A stretch of 64,000 bases of DNA from assembly GCA_038061755.1 (NCBI GenBank), contig JBBTYN010000002.1:15312-79311 (forward strand). The letters are read 5' to 3'. The number at the start of each line of letters is the position of its first letter. Within the stretch, counting starts at the first letter, position 1. Origin of the DNA: Patescibacteria group bacterium. GTDB lineage: Bacteria > Patescibacteriota > Minisyncoccia > Phycocordibacterales > UBA9973. This document shows, piece after piece, positions 39,256 to 48,315 of this stretch. The notes beneath the pieces were generated by a model. It was not told the DNA's origin, ran no database searches, and worked only from the letters and a program-made list of their open reading frames with translations. The translations under genes were made by a program, and so were the position numbers.

Positions 39256-40473
39256 TTAATTTATGCTACCCAAAATAGAATAAAGGGGCGAAATCATTGA
39301 GATAGCAAAAAATCCGACTCCAGCCCCAATAACAATCATCAGCAGTGGCTCAATAATAGTAGAAAGATTTTTAGTTTTATTTTCAACTTCCTCTTCGTAG
39401 AATAAAGCAATTTCAAGCAACATATCAGACAGTTTTCCTGTTTCTTCTCCGACCTCAATCATCTCTGACATCATTACAGGATACAAATCAAGATGAGTCT
39501 CAAATGCTTTGGAAAATGGCTCCCCTTTTTCTATCGCCAATTTTGCTTCATTTAAAACTTTTTTATAATAAATATTTTGTACCACATCTTCGGTTATTTC
39601 TATAGTTCGAGTTAAAGAAACACCAGAAATTAAAAGTGACGAAATGGTGCGTGCTGTGCGAGCAGTATTAAGTTCTATTGTTAAATTATTAACAACAGGA
39701 ATTTTTAAAATAACAAAATCAATATAGGGGGCCATAAATTTAGCGCGAAAAAGTGAAAAGATTCCAAAGGCTGCACAAAAGATGATTACAAAAGTTAGTA
39801 TTAAATTATTAGAGAAAAAATTACCAAAGAAAATAAGAATCTGAGTGGAAAAAGGCAAAGTCACGCCGAGCTCTTTGAATGTGCCTGCCAAAGTTGGCAC
39901 CACGAAAGCAAACATCAAAATGCCAATAATAACCATTGCCGACATAATTACCCCAGGGTAAATGAGCGCGCTCTTTATTTTCTTATTCAATGAATTAGAC
40001 TTTTCTAAATTTAGCCCGATGTCAGAGAGCGCTCCTGCAAGATTCCCAGACTCTTCTCCTGCGCGAATCATTGAAATAAAAAGTTTTGAAAAAACATCAG
40101 GAAATTTTGAAAGAGCAGTTGAAAAAGTTTCCCCGGAATTTATATCATTTGCTATAGAAGTTAAAATTTTACCGAGTTTAGGATTCTTTGTTTGTTTTTT
40201 TAAAACTGATAAGGCCCTAGAAAGTGAGAGTCCCGCTTTTATCATCCCGCTCAAATTTTTAGTCAAAATAATCTGTTCTCCAACCTTCACTTTTTCAAAA
40301 ATACTGGATAACGTTAAAAATTTATCAGTAAAATATTTATTTTTTTCTGAAATTGATAATGGAATAATGCCACGAGAACGCAACTCTCGAGCAAGAGCAT
40401 AGCGATCAGTAGCATCTAAAATGTTTTCTAAAATTTCACCTGTTTTTGATTTTGCGCTGTATATAAAAAGCAT
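39256..40473 (-). CDS. pilC: Type IV pilus platform protein
   Basis: AGEESGNL, ALIYP, VGEETGKL, IIEP. Confidence 0.93.
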   Translation of the reverse strand: MLFIYSAKSKTGEILENILDATDRYALARELRSRGIIPLSISEKNKYFTDKFLTLSSIFEKVKVGEQIILTKNLSGMIKAGLSLSRALSVLKKQTKNPKLGKILTSIANDINSGETFSTALSKFPDVFSKLFISMIRAGEESGNLAGALSDIGLNLEKSNSLNKKIKSALIYPGVIMSAMVIIGILMFAFVVPTLAGTFKELGVTLPFSTQILIFFGNFFSNNLILTFVIIFCAAFGIFSLFRAKFMAPYIDFVILKIPVVNNLTIELNTARTARTISSLLISGVSLTRTIEITEDVVQNIYYKKVLNEAKLAIEKGEPFSKAFETHLDLYPVMMSEMIEVGEETGKLSDMLLEIALFYEEEVENKTKNLSTIIEPLLMIVIGAGVGFFAISMISPLYSILGSIN

Positions 40474-40491
40474 AAAAAATTTAAAAAAAAA

Positions 40492-42249
40492 TTATTCCGA
40501 AACAACTCGGAATACTTCTTCTAAAGTGGTAACACCCAAGACTGCTTGAAAAACTCCATCTTCAATCATTGTCATCATCCCCTCAGCTTTAGCTTGCGCC
40601 TCCATATCATCTTGAGAACTTCCTTTAATAATCATTTCTTTAATAGTAGCTGTAACTTTTAACACTTCATGCATCCCAATACGACTTGAATATCCATCTT
40701 CAAATTCAGCGCTCTTTACTGCTTTATAAAAAGGAATTTTGTCCCAAGTATCTTTTGGGCCTATAACATTTTCAATTTTTAAAAAATCTAATACTCTATC
40801 TAAATCAACGATCTTTTCAAGATTTTTTACCTCGACAGAAGATAAGAAATATTTTTCCTTATTTGAGGTAAGCCTACGCACTAATCTTTGAGCAATAATT
40901 GTCTTCACTGTTGCTGTTATCAAGAAAGGTTCAACTCCCATATCTATAAGTCTTGGTATTGCTCCAGAGGCTGAGTTGGTGTGAATTGTAGAAAGAACTA
41001 AATGTCCAGTTAGAGAAGCATTTATTGCTAGTTCGGCTGTTTCTCCATCACGAATTTCTCCCACCATTACAATATCCGGATCTTGACGCAATAATGAACG
41101 AAGCCCATTGGCAAAAGTTAAACCAATCTCTGGTTTTACTTGTGTTTGATTAACTCTTGGCATTTGATATTCGATAGGGTCTTCCACTGTTGAAATATTC
41201 ACTTCTGGCCTATTTAAAATATCAAGCATCGTGTAGAGTGTAGTCGTCTTCCCGCTTCCTGTTGGGCCAGTGGCGAGCACCATGCCAGTTTTTTGTTTTA
41301 ATGAATTATGTATCCGTTCCAGTCCTTCACCATGAAAACCAAGCGTTTCTAAAGAAAAGCCATTAGTATTTTCTTTTAAGATTCTAATAACTGTCTTTTC
41401 TCCAAAAAAAGTCGGCAAAGTAGAAACACGAAAAGAAATTTTTTCTCCATTTTGTTCTATTTTAAATCTGCCGTCTTGAGGCAATCTTTTTTCATCCAGT
41501 TTTAAATTAGATAAAACTTTAATACGCGCCGTTATCCCAGAGCCGGCATTTTTTTCCAAGACCATCGCATCATGCAAAATTCCATCTATTCTATAACGCA
41601 CGGTAAGTTCTTTTTCCCCAGGCTCAATATGAATATCAGATGCATTTTGCAAAATTGCGTGAAAAATCAAAGAGTCTACTATTTTTACAACTGGAAGATC
41701 TTCCGCTATTTCTTTTAATTCTGCATCGGATTTTTCACCTTCTTCTCCAAAAGGAGCATTTATTGTAGCACTTTCTTTTTGTATAATATCCTGAAACTCT
41801 GATTTCAAACTTTGTCGATACTGAACCAAAACAGACCTAATAGAAATTGTGTCAGTCAGTCGAGGTAAAATTTTTAAACCAGAACGTTTTTTTATAAAAT
41901 CAATTACAGGCAAGTCATCAACATCAAGCATCGCTACTTCTAAACTATTCCCATTCTTCCCGCTTTTTTTGTAAGCGACAATATTGTAATTGCGCGCAAT
42001 CGGCTCAGGAATAATAGAAAGTACAGAAAAATCTATTTTTTGATTATTTAAATCAATGAACGGTATACCCAAAACAGAAGCTTCCATTCGCTTCAAATCT
42101 GTTTCAGATATTTTCCCATCGGAAAGTAAAATATCGCCAATTTTTTGTTTTTTAGTTTCAGCTTTTTTAAAAGCCTCTTCAAGGTCTGCCTTAGACACAA
42201 GCCCTTCATCTAAAATAACTTTTTTTAACTGTTCTTCATTGATTTGCAT
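40492..42249 (-). CDS. pilB: Type IV pilus assembly ATPase
   Basis: ASDIHIEP, RLPQDGR, GPTGSGKTTT, LRQDPD, TGHLVLST.H. Confidence 0.95.
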   Translation of the reverse strand: MQINEEQLKKVILDEGLVSKADLEEAFKKAETKKQKIGDILLSDGKISETDLKRMEASVLGIPFIDLNNQKIDFSVLSIIPEPIARNYNIVAYKKSGKNGNSLEVAMLDVDDLPVIDFIKKRSGLKILPRLTDTISIRSVLVQYRQSLKSEFQDIIQKESATINAPFGEEGEKSDAELKEIAEDLPVVKIVDSLIFHAILQNASDIHIEPGEKELTVRYRIDGILHDAMVLEKNAGSGITARIKVLSNLKLDEKRLPQDGRFKIEQNGEKISFRVSTLPTFFGEKTVIRILKENTNGFSLETLGFHGEGLERIHNSLKQKTGMVLATGPTGSGKTTTLYTMLDILNRPEVNISTVEDPIEYQMPRVNQTQVKPEIGLTFANGLRSLLRQDPDIVMVGEIRDGETAELAINASLTGHLVLSTIHTNSASGAIPRLIDMGVEPFLITATVKTIIAQRLVRRLTSNKEKYFLSSVEVKNLEKIVDLDRVLDFLKIENVIGPKDTWDKIPFYKAVKSAEFEDGYSSRIGMHEVLKVTATIKEMIIKGSSQDDMEAQAKAEGMMTMIEDGVFQAVLGVTTLEEVFRVVSE

Positions 42250-42262
42250 TACAAATATAGTA

Positions 42263-42300
42263 TAGCAAAAAAATCTCCCAAATGGGAGATTTTTTTGCTA
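42263..42300. terminator. Symmetric hairpin terminator overlapping the pilB extended -10
   Basis: tagcaaaaaaatctccca-aa-tgggagatttttttgcta. Confidence 0.75.
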
Positions 42301-42315
42301 ATAATTAAAATTAAA

Positions 42316-43488
42316 TTAATTCTCTATATACCCCGGACTTTTCTTTTGTGAACAAGAGTTACTTCCACAAGTCCATGTCCATTTAGAAGGACTACTTATT
42401 GGATTTGTGCCAATAATAGTGCCATCACCACATGTATAGTGGTTACTAAAACAAGTAGTACCACTAGAAAGTGTACATGATGTATTTGATCCACCATTAG
42501 AACCAAGACAATCCCAGGCAGAAGAACCATTACCATTCGCTGGGGTACCTGAACTACAAGTATTGTAAACTAACGGAGAAGAACAGATACCATTAATAAG
42601 TGCCGGTGCACACTTTATTCCATCCCAAATAGTTCCAGTATCGCAACTCGCAGTGGCTAAGGCAGTGGCAAGTTGTTTTGCATTATTATAAAGAAAGAAT
42701 GCTCTACTTTTATGGGTACTCTCAATTATATATGGAATAACAACACCTGTTTTGGTACCTACATCATAAGTACCGGTAGTTGGGGGCTTAATAGGGTTTG
42801 AAGTTGAAGAAACAATAGGAAAGTTAGCTGAAGTAGCTCCGCTATTATTGGTACTACTAGTTACAGACGACCCAAGAACAATTTCAGGATTTATTACACT
42901 CCAAGAAAGAGTTGTGGTACAACTGTTATTTCCTACTGTTATTATACAATTAGAAGCAGTTAGAGTACTGGACATTGCGGGGGCGACAACAACACCATTA
43001 AAATTGATCCAGCCCACGACTTCACTTCCCCAAGCGTAACCCGAAAAAGCAGTACCCGATAAAGTTACACCATAACTAGTGCCTGTAAGGGAAATCCAAC
43101 CATCCCAACCACTACTGCCATCTCCTCCAGACAGAGCTTTTGCCCAACCAGTCAAGCTACTACCAGCCACTTTGGCATTATCAGCAGTAGTTCCACCTCC
43201 AGTTGGAAAACCAGAAAGTTCTCCAAACTTTACCCAACCAATATTTGATGACCAAGCATAACCAGTAAGATAACCAGTTGTTAAATTTTTAGTTACGCCA
43301 TAACTTGAAGTCGCGCAATTATTACCAGGATTCGTACAATTAAAACTTATCCAGCCAATATTAGATGACCAAGCATAACCAGACATATTGTCCGTAGAAC
43401 TTGCTGAAACTATAATAGGTGAAAGACAAAAAACAAATACTAGAACAAAAATAATTTTCAAGAAAGATTTTAAGAAAGAAATTTTCAT
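42316..43488 (-). CDS. Secreted protein with GYAWS..GWI.F repeats and Cys-rich tail
   Basis: Signal peptide; 3-4 GYAW/GW repeats; W.C.G motifs. Confidence 0.75.
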   Translation of the reverse strand: MKISFLKSFLKIIFVLVFVFCLSPIIVSASSTDNMSGYAWSSNIGWISFNCTNPGNNCATSSYGVTKNLTTGYLTGYAWSSNIGWVKFGELSGFPTGGGTTADNAKVAGSSLTGWAKALSGGDGSSGWDGWISLTGTSYGVTLSGTAFSGYAWGSEVVGWINFNGVVVAPAMSSTLTASNCIITVGNNSCTTTLSWSVINPEIVLGSSVTSSTNNSGATSANFPIVSSTSNPIKPPTTGTYDVGTKTGVVIPYIIESTHKSRAFFLYNNAKQLATALATASCDTGTIWDGIKCAPALINGICSSPLVYNTCSSGTPANGNGSSAWDCLGSNGGSNTSCTLSSGTTCFSNHYTCGDGTIIGTNPISSPSKWTWTCGSNSCSQKKSPGYIEN

Positions 43489-43555
43489 TATTTTAATATT
43501 ATACCATTAAGATTACTAAAAAGGGTATAAAATTGAAATCTATACTGTGGATAAC

Positions 43556-43604
43556 GATACTAGCTGATACTAGCTAGATACTAGCTAGGACAGTCCTCGC
43601 TAGT
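43556..43604. repeat. REP palindrome preceded by tandem GATACTAGCT(A) x3
   Basis: actagctaggac-a-gtcctcgctagt. Confidence 0.85.
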
Positions 43605-43608
43605 GGTG

Positions 43609-44271
43609 TCAAATAAGATAACTTTCCACAAAATTATTAAAAGATTTAGTGTCTCTAAAATAATCAGGAAAGACTTTTTTATTCAAAATATTGCCCTCTA
43701 GCCTATCGACACCAATATAATCTTGATAACTAGAGTACCTATAAGATTTTAGAAAATCTTTCTTTTCACCAAGTGATTCTTTAATTTTCTTTTCCCAACC
43801 GGGGAATTTTATATCAAGTGAATTAAAATGAATATATGCAAAAAGTTTTCGCATATAAATGTCGTCAGACTTTACACATTTTGATTTAAATGGTCCGCCA
43901 AACAAAGCACCTTGTCTTTGATATTTAATATTAAAAAACATTGAATATCCTGTCCCTAATTTTCTCATAAACTTTGTTATCCCTCCATCCACTTCTTGGC
44001 GTATCATTAAATGAAAATGATTAGTCATCAAACACCATGCGCCTATAAATACTAATGGTTTTCCTTTTTCAATCACCATTATTTCTTCATAACTTTTATG
44101 TAGAATGTTTGTTAAATTGTTGAGCTTTATCACATCTTCATTATTTGCAACATATAAAAGCATTATGAATCTTTCATAATCTTTCTGTAATTTAAAAATA
44201 TTTCTTTTATCAATTCCTCTATTCCAAAGGTGGTAGTATTCACCAGTGACAAAAGGATCTTTTCGCAACAT
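43609..44271 (-). mobile_element. REP-associated tyrosine transposase (RAYT, HUH/Y1)
   Basis: YYHLWNRG....IF, WCLMTNHFH (HUH), GALF..PFK, YIHFN, YRYSSY; flanked by REPs. Confidence 0.9.
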
Positions 44272-44285
44272 CTATTTAATATAAC

Positions 44286-44314
44286 ACACTAGCTAGGACA
44301 GTCCTAGCTAGTGT
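44286..44314. repeat. REP palindrome
   Basis: acactagctaggac-a-gtcctagctagtgt, perfect. Confidence 0.9.
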
Positions 44315-44322
44315 TAAAAAAA

Positions 44323-44344
44323 CAGTCCGAAATATTTCGGACTG
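44323..44344 (-). terminator. Terminator of the 44395-45156 gene
   Basis: cagtccgaaat/atttcggactg plus T-tract on the minus strand. Confidence 0.75.
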
Positions 44345-44394
44345 CCCAATGATAGTTTTAACAAAATCATCAGAAATGAAAATTTTTGGAGATA

Positions 44395-45156
44395 TTAACG
44401 GGACCAAATCGGCATCAGATTTTCGTCAATATAAATGCTGAATACCAGCCCGGGCATACCTTGTTTAAAGGTGGAAAAACTTACATCCCAGGTCGCTTTT
44501 GACTCAAACGATCTAGCCAGGTCAAAAATCGCGGAAATATTAATTAACTCCTTCACATACTTGTTTCCGCTTAATTTTATTCCCCCGATATCCCCCGCGG
44601 CGTAATAATAATGAATTTTGTTGTTATTTTTAACGACCCAGGGGTACACAACTTTGTAGAATGTATTGAACAAATAGATCTCGGGGGAATTTACCACTTT
44701 GGCAAATTCATCCTGCATTTGAAACCCCGCGCCATTTATTTCAACCTCTTTTTTGAGGCTCCCTTGTATCTGCCAACTTTCGGACATGGTCCGATAATTA
44801 ATCGACGCGCTAACGCCGTTTTTTCCCGCTTCCTGCAAATGACCCAATGGGTGTATTAACGCCGCCGATACGAATCCAACAGAAGCAAGGCGGACAGCTT
44901 TTTCCCCAAGTCCGGCATCGTAAAAATTTATTAAGCCGGTCTCACTGGAATAATCCACATTATTTCTAATTTTCCCCGTTTCATTAGGGTTTTTGAAAAA
45001 CTTCACGTCCGCAATCCAGATTTTTTCGGAACTCGCAACGTTTTCCGTCTGACCCTTCCTATATGAAAGGGCGAGTATTAAATTTTCTTCCGCCGAAGCC
45101 ACGGAAACCGTTGCCAACAACATTGCCGCAACCAAAATCCCGATTATCTTTTTCAT
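44395..45156 (-). CDS. Secreted hypothetical protein (cassette-like gene)
   Basis: Signal peptide ASA|EE; GGAGG SD; visibly more GC-rich than neighbours. Confidence 0.75.
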   Translation of the reverse strand: MKKIIGILVAAMLLATVSVASAEENLILALSYRKGQTENVASSEKIWIADVKFFKNPNETGKIRNNVDYSSETGLINFYDAGLGEKAVRLASVGFVSAALIHPLGHLQEAGKNGVSASINYRTMSESWQIQGSLKKEVEINGAGFQMQDEFAKVVNSPEIYLFNTFYKVVYPWVVKNNNKIHYYYAAGDIGGIKLSGNKYVKELINISAIFDLARSFESKATWDVSFSTFKQGMPGLVFSIYIDENLMPIWSR

Positions 45157-45230
45157 CCCGCACCTCCAAAAAATTTTAGATTATTTTATTGTAAAAGGAC
45201 AAAAAACATCCTTTATTGATTGTTTAATGT

Positions 45231-45259
45231 ATTATACTACTTTTCTATTTTAAAGTCAA
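45231..45259 (-). promoter_or_regulatory. sigma70 promoter TTGACT-17-TATAAT
   Basis: Minus strand ttgact ttaaaatagaaaagtag tataat. Confidence 0.75.
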
Positions 45260-45336
45260 CTACTTAGAAATGTAGGGTAATTTCTGCGTAATTTGTAAAA
45301 AATTATTTATTTTCCAATTTTTCAATGCGAGATTTT

Positions 45337-45391
45337 ACACACTAGCAAGGACAGTCCTAGCTAGCCTTTAGCTAGGATTGTTCTTGCTAGT
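45337..45391. repeat. Inverted REP doublet (REPIN-like)
   Basis: actagcaaggacagtcctagcta ... tagctaggattgttcttgctagt. Confidence 0.85.
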
Positions 45392-45404
45392 ACTTGCCAA
45401 CATC

Positions 45405-46121
45405 TTACGGAAGCATTAATTTTCCTAGTAGGAGGTTGTTGCAAGTAACTTGACCGCCGCCGCAAACAGCATTACATTGATAATATTGACTAGGAAACCT
45501 GCAGTAAACGGTTATACAAGTAGCTGCCTCGGTGAGGGTCCCACCTGCGGGACACCCGTATGTTTGTCTATATATTGGGAAGCCAGTCTTTGATATGACG
45601 TTGCCGCCAACATCTAGATCACCTGAAACATTTACATTGCCACTTTGGTCTATAGCCATTGTTTTTACTCTAGCACTGTTAAGAAATTGTAAAGTGCCAG
45701 AATTAGTCTGTAATGAGTAACTCTGTGTTCCCGGTGATTGCAAAGTAAGCGCTGGACCAGGCCCGAAACCAACCTGGCCCCCGAAACCAGCCTTGCTCTT
45801 GCTCAAAGGTCTTAATAAAGAAACATCTCCCATAACAGATAATTTTGAAGCTGGACCTGTCGTCCCGATGCCAACATTGCCGTTTTTAACTATAAGACCA
45901 TTAGGAGCAGGAAGGTGCGTTGCATCTCCTGTATTGAGTACTAATCCCCCAGCTTTTGACTGACCTGAAAAGGTTACATTCAGTGGCGTATCGGTATTAT
46001 TACCAGGTGGAGGTGCTGTAGGACCAACATATTGACTATATGCAGAAACAAAACTAACTCCAGCTACTAATATTAATGCTAGAATGATAGATTTTATATT
46101 TTGTATTATTTTTGTTTTCAT
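45405..46121 (-). CDS. Secreted fibre-like protein with Cys-rich C-terminus
   Basis: Signal, PTAPPPGNN..PLN, GNVGIGTTGPASKL. Confidence 0.7.
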   Translation of the reverse strand: MKTKIIQNIKSIILALILVAGVSFVSAYSQYVGPTAPPPGNNTDTPLNVTFSGQSKAGGLVLNTGDATHLPAPNGLIVKNGNVGIGTTGPASKLSVMGDVSLLRPLSKSKAGFGGQVGFGPGPALTLQSPGTQSYSLQTNSGTLQFLNSARVKTMAIDQSGNVNVSGDLDVGGNVISKTGFPIYRQTYGCPAGGTLTEAATCITVYCRFPSQYYQCNAVCGGGQVTCNNLLLGKLMLP

Positions 46122-46138
46122 ATTATTTTAATTTATTA

Positions 46139-46372
46139 TTAATAATTTGTTTTAGTTGGAGCGGTGGTGGAATCAATAAGTTGCTTTAATTCTTTGGTAT
46201 TCACTGGATTTGAGGTAGTGGCTGGAGCAGTGGTGGAATCAATGAGAGCTTGCATTTGTTGAGCTTCAGTAAGAGTTGGAGGAGATTTTGGTTTGAATAA
46301 AAAATAAAAAATAAATAAACCTAAAACGATAATAATCAGAACAGATACTGCTATCTTTTGATTTTTAGTCAT
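46139..46372 (-). CDS. Small membrane-anchored protein with duplicated LIDSTTAP
   Basis: N-terminal TM helix; internal repeat. Confidence 0.65.
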   Translation of the reverse strand: MTKNQKIAVSVLIIIVLGLFIFYFLFKPKSPPTLTEAQQMQALIDSTTAPATTSNPVNTKELKQLIDSTTAPTKTNY

Positions 46373-46428
46373 AATTATTTATAAGTATAAAACAAAATAA
46401 AGATAAAGGGAACTTGGGGTGTGGATAA

Positions 46429-46746
46429 CCCCCACACCTTTTATTTTATTTAAGACTTTCGGAGATTCTTCTTTTTAGTTGTCCTAACGCTTTTCCATCT
46501 TTCTTTAGATTATATTCTCTCGTTCTGGCGTCATGCTCATTAGCGCAAGCTTCATAATAACGAATTTCAAATGGTCTCCTTGCTTTAGTTGAACGATTAA
46601 GTCCATTGTTGTGTTCCGAAAGTCTTCGCTTCAGATCATTAGTTGAACCAATATATAATTTTTCATCTTTTAGACTTTTTAAAATATACACATAGTACAT
46701 AATAACCATTATATGATCTGAAGTTATAAAATGAAAGGTGTGGGGG
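46429..46746. mobile_element. Putative 318-bp element: GIY-YIG gene between 21-bp terminal inverted repeats, flanked by ATAA direct repeats
   Basis: cccccacaccttttattttat / ataaaatgaaaggtgtggggg (20/21 match). Confidence 0.6.
46446..46700 (-). CDS. GIY-YIG nuclease (short standalone)
   Basis: YYVYIL, LYIGST.DL.RRL.EHN.G, YYEA...DA..RE..LK. Confidence 0.92.
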   Translation of the reverse strand: MYYVYILKSLKDEKLYIGSTNDLKRRLSEHNNGLNRSTKARRPFEIRYYEACANEHDARTREYNLKKDGKALGQLKRRISESLK

Positions 46747-46764
46747 ATAACCCCAACAGCTTCA

Positions 46765-46793
46765 TTGACAAAAACTATATTTTCTGTTAGAAT
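46765..46793 (+). promoter_or_regulatory. sigma70 promoter TTGACA-17-TAGAAT
   Basis: ttgaca aaaactatattttctgt tagaat. Confidence 0.75.
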
Positions 46794-46918
46794 CTGTTAA
46801 GAATAATATTGTACAAGAACTGACAAAAATAGGACTGAATGTCCTTTGACATAAGAATAAAAAAATAGATTGGCTCATTTCGAGCAAAAAAAACGATACA
46901 TACTAAAAGGAGGATGTC

Positions 46919-48232
46919 ATGAAAAAGATACTTGCAACAGCAGTACTAATGATGTTTGTATTAGTAGGATGCGATGGCAGAGAAACGACATCGGCACCGA
47001 CACCGACAGATCCAACGCCACAGGCAACATTGGTTTCTATCAGCGTTACTCCGAGCAACCCGACCATAATGGTCGGGGCGACACAACAGTTCATTGCTAT
47101 CGGGGCATATTCCGACAGCACGACACAAAATCTGACGGTCTCCGCAACTTGGAGCTCGCCGGACACAGGCAAGGCGACAATTTCGTCAGGCGGACTGGCC
47201 ACAGCAGTAACTACCGGATTGGTAACAATTACGGCGACGTCAGGCAGTGTTTCGGGAACAGCTACATTGACGGTAGTAACCGTAACGTCACCGCCAGCTC
47301 CATATACAGCTCCGTCTGGTTGGTCACTTAGTCAAGTAACAACAGACGGAGCCAGTATTATTACTACGGGATCAAATGTATCCGGCGCAACCGCAATAGC
47401 TTTCAATAGCGATGGAACGATCAAGTGGCAAAAAAGTGAGCCTGGGACTTACGGAAAGTCCAAGGCAACTGGTGACTACACTTATGTTACCAGAACATAC
47501 CAAACCGGAATTGACTACAATTCCAGCACATCTATCGAGAAGATCAATAACTTGACAGGCGAAATAGTATCTACTGTTGTTGTGGGCACACAAACAGACC
47601 CCAATGGAGCAGCAGCTTCTTATTTAGGCTCGTTTGCAACCAGCACCAACGCAGTGTACGTCGCAGGAAGCGACGGCAATGGTTCGACAATCAAAATCTC
47701 CAAACTTGATTTGTCGTTAACCAACAAGACCTTTTTGTTGGGATACAAAAGTAGCGACTTAAGGGACATGGGAACAGTTGAAAGAAGCACGTCGTTCGGA
47801 AATTATTTTTATAGTATAAGCTCAGGCAGTATTGATGCTTATACATTAGACGGCGTGTATTTCGGGTACACCCTTGCTCTTCCTGGAGCAGAGTTCGTCA
47901 ACACCCTCCACAAAGGCAATGTGCAGTATGTATCAGGCTTACAAGCCGGAACAGCCTACGTCTGGGTTTATAAAGACGGAGACCTGCAAAACAGCTTCCC
48001 CTTGGGCACAGGATCTGCCGAAGGAATGGATTTCGGTCCTGATGGCGAAATGTATGTAGCCATCAGTGGAGGAGTCGGTCCAGTCAGGATTGATCACACC
48101 ACCGGCACCATAGCCTGGACCGGCACTACTGCCGGGCACTCAGTTGCTTACCTGAATGGCAAAATCTACGTCGCCACAGGAGGCAACAAAATTGAGGTAT
48201 TTGACGCCATAACAGGAGGTAAAATTAATTGA
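46919..48232 (+). CDS. Lipoprotein with Big_2 Ig-like domain and beta-propeller-like region
   Basis: LVG|C lipobox; LVSISVTP...GATQQF.A.G.YSD...TWSS; AGGAGG SD; GC-richer. Confidence 0.82.
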   Translation: MKKILATAVLMMFVLVGCDGRETTSAPTPTDPTPQATLVSISVTPSNPTIMVGATQQFIAIGAYSDSTTQNLTVSATWSSPDTGKATISSGGLATAVTTGLVTITATSGSVSGTATLTVVTVTSPPAPYTAPSGWSLSQVTTDGASIITTGSNVSGATAIAFNSDGTIKWQKSEPGTYGKSKATGDYTYVTRTYQTGIDYNSSTSIEKINNLTGEIVSTVVVGTQTDPNGAAASYLGSFATSTNAVYVAGSDGNGSTIKISKLDLSLTNKTFLLGYKSSDLRDMGTVERSTSFGNYFYSISSGSIDAYTLDGVYFGYTLALPGAEFVNTLHKGNVQYVSGLQAGTAYVWVYKDGDLQNSFPLGTGSAEGMDFGPDGEMYVAISGGVGPVRIDHTTGTIAWTGTTAGHSVAYLNGKIYVATGGNKIEVFDAITGGKIN

Positions 48233-48248
48233 TAGAATCATCAAGCTC

Positions 48249-48283
48249 ATAGCCCATCTTCAACAAAGTTGAAGATGGGCTAT
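48249..48283. terminator. Bidirectional terminator between convergent genes
   Basis: atagcccatcttcaac-aaa-gttgaagatgggctat. Confidence 0.8.
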
Positions 48284-48315
48284 CTTTATTTTAATTTAAG
48301 GCACAAAAGACCTTT

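Noticed and set aside
43556-43604. Short direct repeats as a CRISPR array
   Set aside because: Units are 10-11 nt, have no spacers, derive from the REP arm, and no cas genes are present.
46870-47331. 153-aa alternative-frame ORF overlapping the lipoprotein
   Set aside because: Likely a by-product of higher GC; the SD supports the ATG at 46919.
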